This document shows, one piece after another, positions 49,901 to 63,000 of a stretch of 64,000 nucleotides of DNA (the stretch's first letter is position 1; each line of letters begins with the position of its first letter). The translations under genes were made by a program, and so were the position numbers. The DNA comes from Anthoceros angustus. Its lineage: Eukaryota; Plantae; Anthocerotophyta. The notes below the pieces were generated by a model. The model worked only from the letters and a program-made list of their open reading frames with translations. It made no database searches and was not told where the DNA came from. The DNA lies in assembly GCA_010909165.1 (NCBI GenBank), contig VJWM01000222.1, positions 186,001 to 250,000 of the forward strand, written 5' to 3'.

Positions 49901-52900
49901 TGGCGAGTCTCACAGGCAGTTGAAGCATTCTTCTCCTCTCGAGTCCAACCGTTGATCAACATGAGGGGTCCTCAATTTGTTGGTCGAATGTAAAAGCGCG
50001 AGGCCACCCTACCACATGATGCCACATATGATGGAAAACTCGAAACCACTCCTTGAGAAAAATCAAGCGAGGGTATGTGTCTCAGATCAGAACTCTGGCA
50101 ACCTCATCCCATCAAACCATTGATGCATTTGGAAGTGATCTTGCAACTTCCTCCATGCACCCTGCATAACTTGTCCGGGCGCGCTTGTGTGACCCAGCTG
50201 GAGCTCAAACAAATCCGGTGTTCCTGGGATAATGCTCCACCCCTTTGTCATGCTCCTCTCAACATCTGATGAGATGTGAAGCTCGTCATAACTTCCGGTG
50301 GAATACCTCGTTCGGTCATCTTGGCGGGAGTAGAAGATGCTCCACTTACATCTTCGTCATCCACAAATTGGGGTCCCATCACATGCAAACTTGCTTGAAT
50401 TGTGGCGGTCATAGCACACCACAGGAGGCCACAGTTCGATATCTCCACCGCTTGCGAGACCTCCTCCATGGGCTGGCGAGGTGAGAACTACCGACTAGGT
50501 GCAACCACATTTTCAGCACTGTGAGCCGACATACATTGTACAGGCGGATCGAGGCGCTCGGTTGCCTTGGGTGGGCGGTGTGCTCACTTGCTCTGTCGGG
50601 GCGTGGTGTTCTCCTCTGCATCGACGGTAGCTCCAGGTTGAGACCGTTTGCCTCAAACTCTGCGGCTTTCCATGTTCGGACAAGGATGCTTGTGATCGTC
50701 CCTCTTGCGCTTGAGTGGCGGTGGCACTTCCTCTTGGCCTTCACCTTGTGTGCGGATAGGGGCGACTTTTCGCCTTCTCCTATGCACGTGTAAACGGGCG
50801 ACCATGGCTCTCTATCCGACTCAAGCAGTGAAACCACCTTTAGAAACAGTGAGAATTCTCAACCAGCGCGTCGATGCATGTGTACAAGGTTCCTCTTCAA
50901 AATGAGATGCTCCCTCGCCTATGTGTGCCCAATTTAGTCTCTCGTTTCGTGGGAATTAGACCCTTGTCGAACTCGATCCTCATCTGTAATTCCTCTTCTC
51001 ACAATTCCTTGCACACATGCAGCTTCTCGCAACAACTACATACCTTAGCATGCATATGCGATCCCATTTGAATTTGGCCAAGCATCTTGTGTCCTCTTCT
51101 TCTTTGTACATGTACTGTTTGACTTCCAAGCGTGTGAATTTAAGACAACCTCGGTACCATAAGAGCCACGTTCACACTTAGCACATTCTGATTGCTCACA
51201 TAGCCATTCTCCTTACGGAACCTTTCCGGTCTTGGTTTGAGGCAAAGCAGGATGGTAACCACGGTTACACGTCATAGCAACATGAATTCTTACGTTGTGT
51301 GTCCACACTCCTCCAGGCAAATCTGCTGGTGGCGTCGGGTCGAGAGCGCGATTCGTGTATCCGGATCGGGCAAATGGCATGGAGCCAAATGCTTCATGTG
51401 TTCCTTGCACCATACGCCATCTCTTCCTTCAAGTTCAACCACCTTGCTCACCAACTGACAACTCTCAAGATAAGCCTCCACATGTCGACATCTACGTGCT
51501 TGCAGCTTTGTGCAAGTACACATAATCTCGGATGCAAACTTGCGGGCTTTGGGCTTCCACGAGCCCCAGCGTATAAGCATACCTCGGTGGTCCCGATCTT
51601 TGGGACCAAATTGTCCATAGCCATGGGAAGAATTCTTTGAAATACTTACTGGCTTGAACACTTGCCAATTTGCATCTTTGCTCCGATCAGAGGATGGAGT
51701 AAGTGTCCTTCACCACATTCGGCAACTGCGTTGCGTCCGAATAACAAAAAGTATGGTGAAACTTCCAAGAAGCTGACCCTGTACCCCAACACGATGTAAA
51801 GGAGCAATTCATCCCAACACTTGGGCTCCACGATGTCTGATATTTCCTTAGTGCATCCTTGAAGGTGCACTAGCCTTTTGCCGCCATCGGCTGTGGATGA
51901 TCCTCGATGTCCTCACATGATCAATGAGACTCACATCCGGCAAGGTGCGGAATTCACCTCGAAACTCGTTACCACAGTGCATGAGCACCTGCGCGACTCC
52001 CAAATCGGTGAGCACTGCTGAGCTCTGCTGTGTCTGAGGTTCTACGTAAAACGCTACTTCAACCCACTTAGAAATGCTCAATCATGACCATGCAATGTCG
52101 GTTACCTTGCTTTGTGAGAGGAAGCTCGGCATAAGGTCAAACCATCTAAAGAATAGCCCCATTGGTAGTGCAACACCACATCACAGGTGTTAAATCTAGC
52201 TTTGCGCATCACATGCGACACTTATACCACCTTCTCGACATCGCATACATCCCACGATGCGTACTCTTCAACATGTGGTGTGTCCTCTTCACACCAAAGT
52301 GGCCAAGGGTTTCGTGCACCTTGGTCACTATGCCTTTCCTCGGGACTTGGTACTTTCCTTACGAGTTCTCCTTGGCGATGTGACTCACCATCTTCCCATG
52401 AGTATCGGCCCACGCTTACGAGTTTAGCCAAGCACTTGATCATTCCGAACCTTTGTGCCTTCCTTGACAGGCTTGAGGATGTCTCAAACATCACGGACTC
52501 TGCATGTCCTTCTTCATGATCATCTATCACGGCCATGAGTGCCATGAAGCTGCTGGTGCATCCACGTGCCCCTCATCACTGTCGAGCTCTGTGACATCCT
52601 TGTCACTCTCCAGTGAGTTTCTTAGCCCATGCATTGTGATGTACCTTGCACCCATGCCGATCTCCATATCATTACTCGACGATGTGCCCACAGCTAGCTT
52701 ACCACTCAACTTCATGTTGGTCATCATGAAGTGGTGATCTGTGACCGATTCGCCTTCCATACGGATAGACCACACGAAATGCCCATACGCGACACTCTCC
52801 CTCATATGAGGTAGTTCACCAGTGAGTTGTTAGATCGGCTTGCATAGCTATCACTCGCTCAACACCATACGCACCATGTTGTGACAACCGCTCCAATTCC

Positions 52901-54603
52901 GCGATGCTCGATTACGTATGCAGTGAAAGGGTGATCAAAATTCGGCACGCAGGCTTCTGGTCCGAAGATCTTGCCAAGCCAACTCTGGTCTTGGTCCCAT
53001 TTCCATGTCTTTCTTCAGCAGTTCATACAGGTTTACATTGGGCGAGGTCCTTCATAAACCTCTGTAATAGTTCACCAAACCCGGAAGGCTCTAAGGCGGC
53101 TACATCCTTTGGTCTAGGCATTTGCATCACGGCTGCACCTTAGCGGTGATGCCTCCTGGTACTATCTCATGCCCCGGATACTCGATCTGCTGGAAAGCAA
53201 ACTTGCATTTCTTAGGATGAGCTTTCAAACTGAGCTTGACCTCAGCAATATCTCTAGATGCTCCATATGTTCTTGATTGTCTCACTTTGAGACCGGGATA
53301 TCATCTATGTAACAACGCACAAATGGCACCCTGCGACTCTAGATCCATAATTCTTTGGAAATATATAGAAGCATTTTCATAAGCATTGTCTCCCACTCCC
53401 AAAGCTGGTCCTTCCCCAGGCTGTCTTGCACTTGTCCTGCTCTTCAATCACAATTTGGTTTGAAGCAGGCGGAAGTCAAGGCGGTAAAGAACTTTGCCTT
53501 ACCTATGGCATCGAAAATCTCGTGGAGTAGGCATGGGTGGTTCCATAGGAGTCACCTCGTTTAGAGGTCAGTCGCCACACATCCTCCTGTCCTTCCATTC
53601 ACCGTTCTCATCCTTCTTGAGCGGTAGGCTCAGCATATTGAGAGCTTGATTTTCTTATCAACCTTGAACAACTCTTGGCGTTTGTCAACAATCTCCCATT
53701 CTCGGGCGGGCGATGCCTCCTTGAAGAGGGCTCTTCATGAGTCGTCACTACTTTGAACTTGATCTTCTCATACCTACCCGGCTCCTTTGAATGCAAAAGC
53801 ACCCTTGTTTTTCTCAAGCATGTTGATGATTTTCTTATCTTAGGGCTCACATCTTACGCAATGTGCCATACATGAACCTCTTCGTCCTCTTGGTAGGCAT
53901 TCGGTATCCACTGACCATCTTTGAATCTCTCCCTGACTCATCTTCCCTACTTAGGAACCTCTTTATCCTGCGGTAGTTGGAGGAAGGCTTTCGCTTCCTT
54001 GACGCAAGTTGGAAACCAAGCTGTGCTTGACCACCTCGGCCTGGTCAAATGCATCGAGCATCTGCATCTTGCAGTTACAGATGCCCATGGTGCAGTGTCC
54101 TTCTTGGCAAAGCCCATCGCTTTTCGCGTTCCTCAACATTGAGCTCTCAAGCTCATTCCCTTCAAATCGATCACACCATCTCCTCACAGTGCGAAGGCAT
54201 AAGATTGCGGTGTGCTCACGAGTTAGCCATGCCCTTCGGCTTCCCTACTCGATTCACGGGTAAAATGGCAACTTGTCCATCCTCTTCACTGTGTGACCTT
54301 CCCAACTCTAGGATGTCATCCACGACCTTCCGCTTGGTCGTTAAATTCTGTCTTGTCGAGCACCTCCGGTCCGACCACATTTGTCCGATGCTGCGGCATA
54401 TGAGCCACCGCAGCGTCCATGATCAACTCATTCTTGCGCCCGAATCTCTTCATACAGGCCCTAACGGTGGGCGTTTGTCCATGGCGCACACACATTCTCG
54501 AGAATGTACCAACATCGTGGATTAAATCTGGACTTCTCGCGTGATTAAATGCGAGCTCGGACCAAAACGCCTTCACCTTTGCCTGCTGTCGAAAATGTCT
54601 TGC
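46949..54603 (-). repeat. Inverted (fold-back) copy of 39222-46822: family B pol, PHD, extra ORF, B-A-B block and flank
   Basis: ggaaatagcttgaggttgctgca (46792) pairs with tgcagcaacctcaaactatttcc (46958). Colinear reverse-complement similarity extends out to aaaatgtcttgcat (54592) versus atgcaagacatttt (39223). The arms carry independent indels. Confidence 0.92.
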
Positions 54604-57437
54604 ATGAGACATTGAAGGTCGCTGGGCATTTAGTTCGAACGGCATCACTACAAACTCGTAGTGACCATGCCGTGTTCTAAATGCGGTCTTGGGCTCATCC
54701 TCCTTGAGTCGAATTTGGTGAAAACTCGATCGCAGTCGATTTTGGTGAACCAAGTCGACCCAAACCGGTCCAAAATCTCATCGATGGCATCCGTAGACAT
54801 TCCCGATGGTGGCCCGATTCAATCCTCTCGTAGTCGATGCAGAGTCTCCACCACGTTTCGCCACCAACAACGGGCGCCCATAAGGTGAGGTGCTTGGCCT
54901 CACAAACCCCTTGTCCAGAATTCATCTACCGCTTTTGATCTCCTCATTTTCCATACCGACGCGTATGGCGTTGATTTACAGATGCCTGTGCACTAGCTCG
55001 ATGGCCGTGACTGGTCTGCCTTGGTGGTAGGGCGGTGGGATCCGCAAATAACCCATCACCGCCACAGAGCCTTAAACTCTTGGTAAGAGTTCCTCCGATT
55101 GCTTCGGTCGCTGCCCGCGATTGCTGCAGTGGATCAAGATATCATCTAGGAAGACCTCGACCCCTTGCCTAGCAAAGGTCAAGAATGTCTTGCGAGGATC
55201 CATGCGATGAAGTCCCTCCGTGAGGGCACGTGAACCATGGTCGAGTCGCATGTAAAGCTTCCTTGGTGGATTTATGCAAGGCGATGACAAAAAGGTGCTT
55301 GTCCAAGGTAAGTTTCCTTCCAAAGACATACGATCCGTCCACACCCCTAGGGTTACTAAGTTCTTTTCCATGAAGTTGGTGAGAATGGGCGCCACTGCTT
55401 CCCCACAATCACGCCATGTGCCAAGCTTGGCATGACTATGCATTTCAAAGACTTCTACGAAACCTCCGTGGAAGGTAAGAGTCGCTCGCCCACCGCCGTC
55501 CCTCACATCCTTGCTTCCAGCCGTGACGATGTAGAAGTCGACCCGAGTGTTGGATGTGCTGCCCGCGATTCTCATGTGCCTCCAGAGGAACTACCTTGAC
55601 AGCGATGTGACTTCCCCATTTCGATTCTTTGGAAGGGTTGGAGGTGCCCAAGTGTTTATACTTTGTTCGCCATAGTTCATGGCGGCTTTCATGGCATCAA
55701 CCGTGGTGTTGGGGTTGGTCCGTTGACATCACGTTCGAATCAAGGCCATCAATGAACTTCTCCACTTTTTGTTCTTCATCGAGGCGGGAAGATCCAGAGT
55801 GAGTCAGAAGAACTTGTCGCAGATTCTCGCATGAAGGTACACTTGCTCCTCTTGGCCAGCTTGATGCTTCAAGAAGAGTGAATACCTTCCCGACGAGTTC
55901 GATGTGGGTGGCTTGGTCCGCAGAGTGGATCAAGATATCATCTAGGAAGACCTCGACCCCTTGCCTAGCAAAGGTCAAGAATGTCTTGCATGAGACATTG
56001 AAGGTCGCTGGGCATTTAGTTCGAACGGCATCACTACAAACTCGTAGTGACCATGCCGTGTTCTAAATGCGGTCTTGGGCTCATCCTCCTTGAGTCGAAT
56101 TTGGTGAAAACTCGATCGCAGTCGATTTTGGTGAACCAAGTCGACCCAAACCGGTCCAAAATCTCATCGATGGCATCCGTAGACATTCCCGATGGTGGCC
56201 CGATTCAATCCTCTCGTAGTCGATGCAGAGTCTCCACCACGTTTCGCCACCAACAACGGGCGCCCATAAGGTGAGGTGCTTGGCCTCACAAACCCCTTGT
56301 CCAGAATTCATCTACCGCTTTTGATCTCCTCATTTTCCATACCGACGCGTATGGCGTTGATTTACAGATGCCTGTGCACTAGCTCGATGGCCGTGACTGG
56401 TCTGCCTTGGTGGTAGGGCGGTGGGATCCGCAAATAACCCATCACCGCCACAGAGCCTTAAACTCTTGTAAGAGTTCCTCCGATTGCTTCGTGCTGCCCG
56501 CGATTGCTGCAGTGGATCAAGATATCATCTAGGAAGACCTCGACCCCTTGCCTAGCAAAGGTCAAGAATGTCTTGCGAGGATCCATGCCGATGCCCTTGG
56601 CACTAACGATGTGTCCAAGATACTCAACTTCTTCGCATGAAGGTACACTTGCTCCTCTTGGCCAGCTTGATGCTTCAAGAAGAGTGAATACCTTCCCGAC
56701 GAGTTCGATGTGGGTGGCTTGGTCCGCAGAGTGGATCAAGATATCATCTAGGAAGACCTCGACCCCTTGCCTAGCAAAGGTCAAGAATGTCTTGCGAGGA
56801 TCCATGCGATGCCCTTGGCACTAACGATGTGTCCAAGATACTCAACTTCTCGCATGAAGGTACACTTGCTCCTCTTGGCCAGCTTGATGCTTCAAGAAGA
56901 GTGAATACCTTCCCGACGAGTTCGATGTGGGTGGCTTGGTCCGCAGAGTGGATCAAGATATCATCTAGGAAGACCTCGACCCCTTGCCTAGCAAAGGTCA
57001 AGAATGTCTTGCGAGGATCCATGCGATGCCCTTGGCACTAACGATGTGTCCAAGATACTCAACTTCTCGCATGAAGGTACACTTGCTCCTCTTGGCCAGC
57101 TTGATGCTTCAAGAAGAGTGAATACCTTCCCGACGAGTTCGATGTGGGTGGCTTGGTCCGCAGAGTGGATCAAGATATCATCTAGGAAGACCTCGACCCC
57201 TTGCCTAGCAAAGGTCAAGAATGTCTTGCGAGGATCCATGCGATGCCCTTGGCACTAACGATGTGTCCAAGATACTCAACTTCTCGCATGAAGGTACACT
57301 TGCTCCTCTTGGCCAGCTTGATGCTTCAAGAAGAGTGAATACCTTCCCGACGAGTTCGATGTGGGTGGCTTGGTCCGCAGAGTGGATCAAGATATCATCT
57401 AGGAAGACCTCGACCCCTTGCCTAGCAAAGGTCAAGA
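54594..57437 (-). mobile_element. Mosaic of family C (chromovirus-type) gag/PR/RT fragments
   Basis: [29 protein letters not shown] and VEVFLDDILIHS. 54600-55200 is repeated at 55986-56585 (identical ORFs, offset 1386). Confidence 0.88.
56510..57437 (-). repeat. 217-bp tandem repeat (~4.3 copies) of the RT FLDD catalytic segment
   Basis: Identical ORFs at 56771, 56988 and 57205 (period 217) encode QGVEVFLDDILIHSADQATHIELVGKVFTLL. Confidence 0.95.
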
Positions 57438-58188
57438 ATAGCCTTAGCTATAGGTGTGAAACCAAAGCGGACCCAAACCCAAACAAGGCACCGATCAACG
57501 TGGGAGGAGCACCACCAAGCGTGAGGTTGCTTTCGCATCATGGCGCAAACATCAGCTGGGAATCGAGCTGGGCGGGCGTGGAGATGATGGCGGCGGGAAT
57601 GAGGACCGTGGGGCAAAGGAGGTAGTCTTGATCGTGGGCGGTTGGGGAGGAAAGCACTTTGTGAACCCTTGCAATCTGGAAATCCAAGATCGATTAGATC
57701 TGTGTTTTGCTCGTGCTTCCCTACAAGGCGCCAAGGCTCGATTCTGGCTCAGCCAGCAAAGCTCGGCTGGCCAAGAAATCTTCAAGAAATCTCGTGATTC
57801 CGCCATTGCTTGGCGGATCCCTTTTAGGAGCAGATGCTCTCCCAGCATATTTTGTTCTTTGCAAGGGGACCCTTTGTGGCGGACTACTGGGATCGAAACT
57901 TTGGCCCCATTCAACAAGTCCGAATCGGAGTGACGATAAGTGGGCTGGTAACAGGAGGCAAGGAGCTGCAACTAGGTCCCAGCCATGGGACATATCCATA
58001 GCCGGCTGGGCAGTCCAGCCTTGACAAGGCGATCCCAGCCGGGCGGGCCCCATCGGCTTTGGGACAGTCCCAGCCGGGCTGCCGCCAGCTATGGGACAAG
58101 CGGTCCCATAGTCCTCACTAAGATTGGTGGAGTTGCCCGGGACAAGCTCATACTCGGGACACGGTAGTCCCAAACTTTCACGCTTCAC
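57430..58188 (+). repeat. Family A terminal fragment: 3' part of repeat A followed directly by repeat B
   Basis: aggtcaagaatagccttagctataggtgtgaa (cf. 23485), then ttcaagaaa..gattc, then taggagcagatgctctccc (57825), ending cccaaactttcacg. Confidence 0.85.
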
Positions 58189-60050
58189 GGCAGCGTGGCA
58201 TGGTGTGGAAACCCATGGCCTCCCGCCTCCTCCACATTGGGCTCCTCCTGGTGTGTTGCTTGAATAGCGGACACGCCTTGTCCCACAGCATAGGGGGAGA
58301 GAAAGCTCACTAGGGTGGGAAGGGTGCGGGCTGTCCAGCATGTTGGTGCGGGTACCAAGGTGCACGCTCGGCTGTCACAGCCCGTGGCTGATGCCAAGGG
58401 TCCAACACATCGGAGAGCTTGAGTGGGGTCCCGAGTAGTGCGGGTGACCACCAACTCTAGCAAAGGTTGAGGGCCAGGTTGGTCCAATAGTTTCGCATGG
58501 CGAAGCGCCAACTGGACAGCATCCATGAGCAAGGGCGTGCCCACATGCTGCGGATGATGGCCATGTCTTGGCGAACTTGCAGTGTCCGCCCGAGGTGTTC
58601 TCCCCAGTAAGCGCAACCCGGGGCTGAAGTGCGAACATCCACCAAGATGCGGAGAAGGTCCCAAAACAAGGCGGTTCGTGGGTCTTGTAATCCTCCCCGT
58701 TGGCTTGAGAAAATCCTTGGCATTCCATCCGCAATCACGAAGTGGATGGGGCCGAGCGAATGTGGCGGCGCTGTACCTGGATGTCTTGGGGCACGAAAAG
58801 GTGCCCGAGATAGCATTGGCGGGAAGTAGTGAAGGGAATCACGCTCCCGAAGGCGGCGACAATGCATTGCGCCTTGGGACAATGGTCACAATAAATGTAA
58901 CGAGACCAAGATGCCATTCAGCAAAAGGGCCTCCAGACTGTGCAAATGCCAGCAGTTCCAAAAGTAATGCAAGTGGGCGCCATCACGTGATGATCTGGCT
59001 CTCATTGTGGTGGAAGGTGCCTCAGCCCAAGGGGGAGTGCTGAAGCTGCAGAGCTTGCTGCACTCGTGGAAGAGCTTGCTGAACCTCGGACACTTTGAAT
59101 GATGGTGGAGTGTCTCCTAGCATGCGTGACCAAATGGTCGGCCTCGTGATCCGATCCAAGTCGGCAAGCTCCAAAGATGTCACTCAAATCTTGGTCATCG
59201 TGAGGAGCACCTCGGGGACAACGAATGGTCGCCATAAGGACTGGAGTAGCTAGGGGCGGTGGCGACCTCGGTGTCCAATCCGCCATGCATTCAAGGGAAA
59301 GTCGCCACTTGGCGACCTCCCACTACGCCAATCGGGCGATAGTGAGCTTACTCATCAATTGTCCACGCGATGCGGGGTGGAAACAAAACTCCTGTCAGAA
59401 GGACGCCGTGTTAGCGTGTCGGAATGAATGGCCAATGTCATGGCGGCGGCTTCGAGCTTGAGCGTGATGGCGGTGGTCGAGCAGTCTCTCCACACAGTTC
59501 CACAGCGCGGAGTCCCTGTTCGGGGTGAATGGCGGAGTGTCGTCCTGCAAGTTCAACTGGCGAGCCTTGCCAATGATCACGGGCCCCGTGTCCAAGAGCA
59601 CAAGCTTGGGAGCATAGCCATTCACCGTGACATGGCCTTCCCTATTGTCCACCATGGCATTGCTCACTCGCACATTCATGCGATTGGTGGGCTAAAATGC
59701 GGGTGCTCTACTCCAGCTGGGAAGCATAGGTCGCCGCCTCCAAGTGGCTGGCCCTCCTCATGGCTATGGGTGGCCTGCCTGTCACTCCCACCATCGTAAC
59801 ATGGTCCATGGTGGTGGGCAATACCCGGCCGCGTGGGTAAGGCTGCCCATATGGGATCCACCGGTCCGGGTATCCGAGTGTGGGACTGCGGAGGCCCGAT
59901 GATGGGCTTCTCCTCAGCCCTTGGCATGGAGCTGAAGGTGCCCGCATTGGGACTACTGTCGATCCAGTGTGTGTTGAGGCCAAGTGAGATTCCCGTGTCC
60001 ATGGAGTCTGTTGAGCCTCCACCGGCTGTCCCGTATGGGGAGAATCCCAA
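58189..60050 (-). mobile_element. Family A internal fragment (protease and PR-RT spacer), no TIR insertion
   Basis: VTVNGYAPKLVLLDTG (ORF 59395..59679) and LQDPRTALFWDL.RILVDV (ORF 58457..58882). Colinear with 3385-5220. Confidence 0.9.
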
Positions 60051-63000
60051 TCGGGGCCCTCACAGCCCACCTGTTAGTGGAGCCTGGTTGCAAAATTTGG
60101 AGCAAGCGTGCTGTGACCATCCCAAGGAACCCACGAAGTTCCTTCAGCGTTGTTGGAGCTTTTAGAGTGGCTATGACCTTGACCTTGTCGGGATCAACCT
60201 CTATACCTGCTCGAAATTCGATGTCCCAACAGGATTCCTTCGACATGCCGAAATAGCACTTTTCCGGATGCAAACATAAGCGTATCGCTCGCGTTCAAGG
60301 TGCATTAGATGGTCCTTCATGCTCCAAACACGCAAAAGTCGTCCAAGAAAACTTCCATAAAGTCCCCGAGGAAGTCCTTGAAGATCTTGACGATGGTTCG
60401 CATGAAAGACCAGCGCCCGTCAACCCCGAATGCACCGCGCTTAGGCATATGTTCCCCGTCCGTTGTGAAGGTGGGTGGCCAATCGCTTTCCGGAGATGCA
60501 TGGTTATAGCCTAAATACCCATCTAAAAGGAATACGCCATCCTACTGCGACCCGGATCCAAGATGTTATCGATGAAGGGCAATGGAAATGATCCTTTTGG
60601 TGACCTTATTCAACCGCTAGTCTTGGCAAACCCGAATCTTTCGGGTCTCTTGGGACCACCATCGGAGCCACCCATTATTGACGATAGGATAGATTACATC
60701 CGCCTTGAGATCTGACTCAAGCGATCCTTTACCTTCAATGAGTACTTGGGATTTAACTTGTCTGCGGAATCCTCACTGGGCTCCAGTTCCAAGTCGATCC
60801 TATGCTCCCCACTCCTTGGGTATACCCTTCATATCGGTCACCTCGAAGGCAAAGACATCAATGAATTGTGCAAGCATTGTTTCATCCTCTTCAAGCACTT
60901 CATCCATTGTTCGGGAGAATTTGAGCACTTTTCCAGAAGCACCTCGACATCCTTAACCTCATCCGCTGCCCATTCACGCTCTCGTGCGGGATTCCAAAAC
61001 CCTCTTACGGTTCCCTCGGTTCCTCTTCATGCCACTCTCTAACAGATCTTAGGGTGAAAGCAGCGTGAGGCCCTTTCATCCTCCTCATCCGTTTGTTCCC
61101 GCCGCTTTCTCCCTCTTCCCAATCCGGTCGCGTCTATGGTTACCCTGTGACCCACAGTTGATCGAGTGCGGAATATCTCTGCGATAATCCTGTTCTCGTC
61201 CGACCATGAGATGTGTCGAAAGGAAATTTGTCTTCTTGTTCCATCTCCCCGATGTGTCTTCATGAGGTGTGTATTTCCGTTGGGGTCTCGCCAACGGTAC
61301 ATGTCCTTACTCCGAGTTAGGCAAATCCTACCTTCCTTGGTCTTAGGGTCCCATTCCATTGGTTTGAATCAAACCTCCTTTCTTCCCCATTTGAGCGTGC
61401 ATTGAGATCCATACATCCAAGTTCGACCAATTAAAACACTATACCTGGCGACTTGTGGATGACCACATAATCCATTAGATAGGGATGGTCCCAATGATCG
61501 TTAACACGTCACAATTCTCCTCACGGCACCATTACGGACATATCGCCAACCGCAAAACCTTGCTGTATGTTCGATTTCCAACCCCAATTTTCGCCGTTTC
61601 CTCGTCATGATATTCACACCTACCCGTGTCGAGGTACCCTTTTATGACATCCGATCTCTACAGGTTCAGGGTCCTTGGTCAACCATGGATACTAGATTGG
61701 GAAGTGGCCTTGGACTGGTTTAGGAAGGGCATCGCTTTTCTTGGGTGGGCTTCCTTCAATGCCCTCGATCTGCTGCCTATCTGGGTTGTCTCGAAGGGTT
61801 GTCGAATGTGATCATAAAATGATCCATGATGGCCTCCGCTAAGTTAAAGGAAGCACCTTCTCAGCTTTCCCCGCCCGGGGTTCGTTGGTTGTAGACCCAG
61901 TGTTAGGCTTCGAGTCTGGTGGCTTCTCGGTGGGGTGGCGGACTGGGTGGGCATTGAAAGGCATCTCCGCCTCCTCCCTTGGCCTTCTTACTCCCCTCCT
62001 GGATCATATCCACAACCTCTTCCATCGTCCGGTGGAAATCCTAACCCATTTTCTCACCTTTCGGCAATTCTGCGGGAGCTTGTAAAGTTTCTCGACTATG
62101 TCCGTTGATTCCTTTTCCTGCTTTGAATTTCCACCGCCTTGGAACACTCAGTCTCACACACCTTCACCCCATTGGTTCGTCAGCCAAAGTACCGGATGCG
62201 CTTGGGTCCGTTCCACCTCTGAGCCTTCGCAAATTTTGACATTTCCTCGCTTGGGTGAGAACGCTCCCTCATCCACCAGTGGTCGTATCTACCTCCTTCT
62301 TCTTTTCTTTCCCCACGCCTCTTTTCCTTAGCTTTTGAGCTCCGTTCGACGACCATGGCGGATGCCTCCCCATAATAATCGCTATCCGTGGCATCTAAAC
62401 CCTCTAAGCTCTTAGGGTCTTAATCTTGGCGTCCTCCCATATAGCCATCAACGCGTCTTCTACATGCATGGCGGGGCACCTTGGCGCGGTGAACCCCGTC
62501 AGGCTGCGCGATCCACGTGTTTTCGGGGTTTTGGCGAGTACACTTCACCGCCAAATGCCCTTTGACAATCTTGGCAGTTTATCGAAATCTCCATTGCCTT
62601 GCCGAGTTGGCAGGCAAGCATAGTGTCCAAGGTTGCGAGTTGTAGCAGCATTGGATTATTACTCCGCCCGGTGATTTGACACGCCTGCGGAATTTCGTAA
62701 GTTGGAGGGATACATAGTCTTGGTACACTTTTGACTTCACGAATTTGGTATGTATCCTCCACGAGGTATCTTCCTCTTCCTCCTCATATCAGCGGATGCA
62801 CTCTGTTGTCGGGCGGTTAGCCTTGGAGTGACCTACTGTCCACACGTTGAGCGAAGAGGTTAGCCCGTGGATTCGTGACGACTCTCCTTCTCTCGTGTTC
62901 CTTTTACGTTAAGATGGAATTTCTCAAATTTTGCCATCATCTCCTCCATCTTGTTTCCCTGTTGTTCCACTTTCTTGGCTGCCACCTCGGCCTCCCTCCT

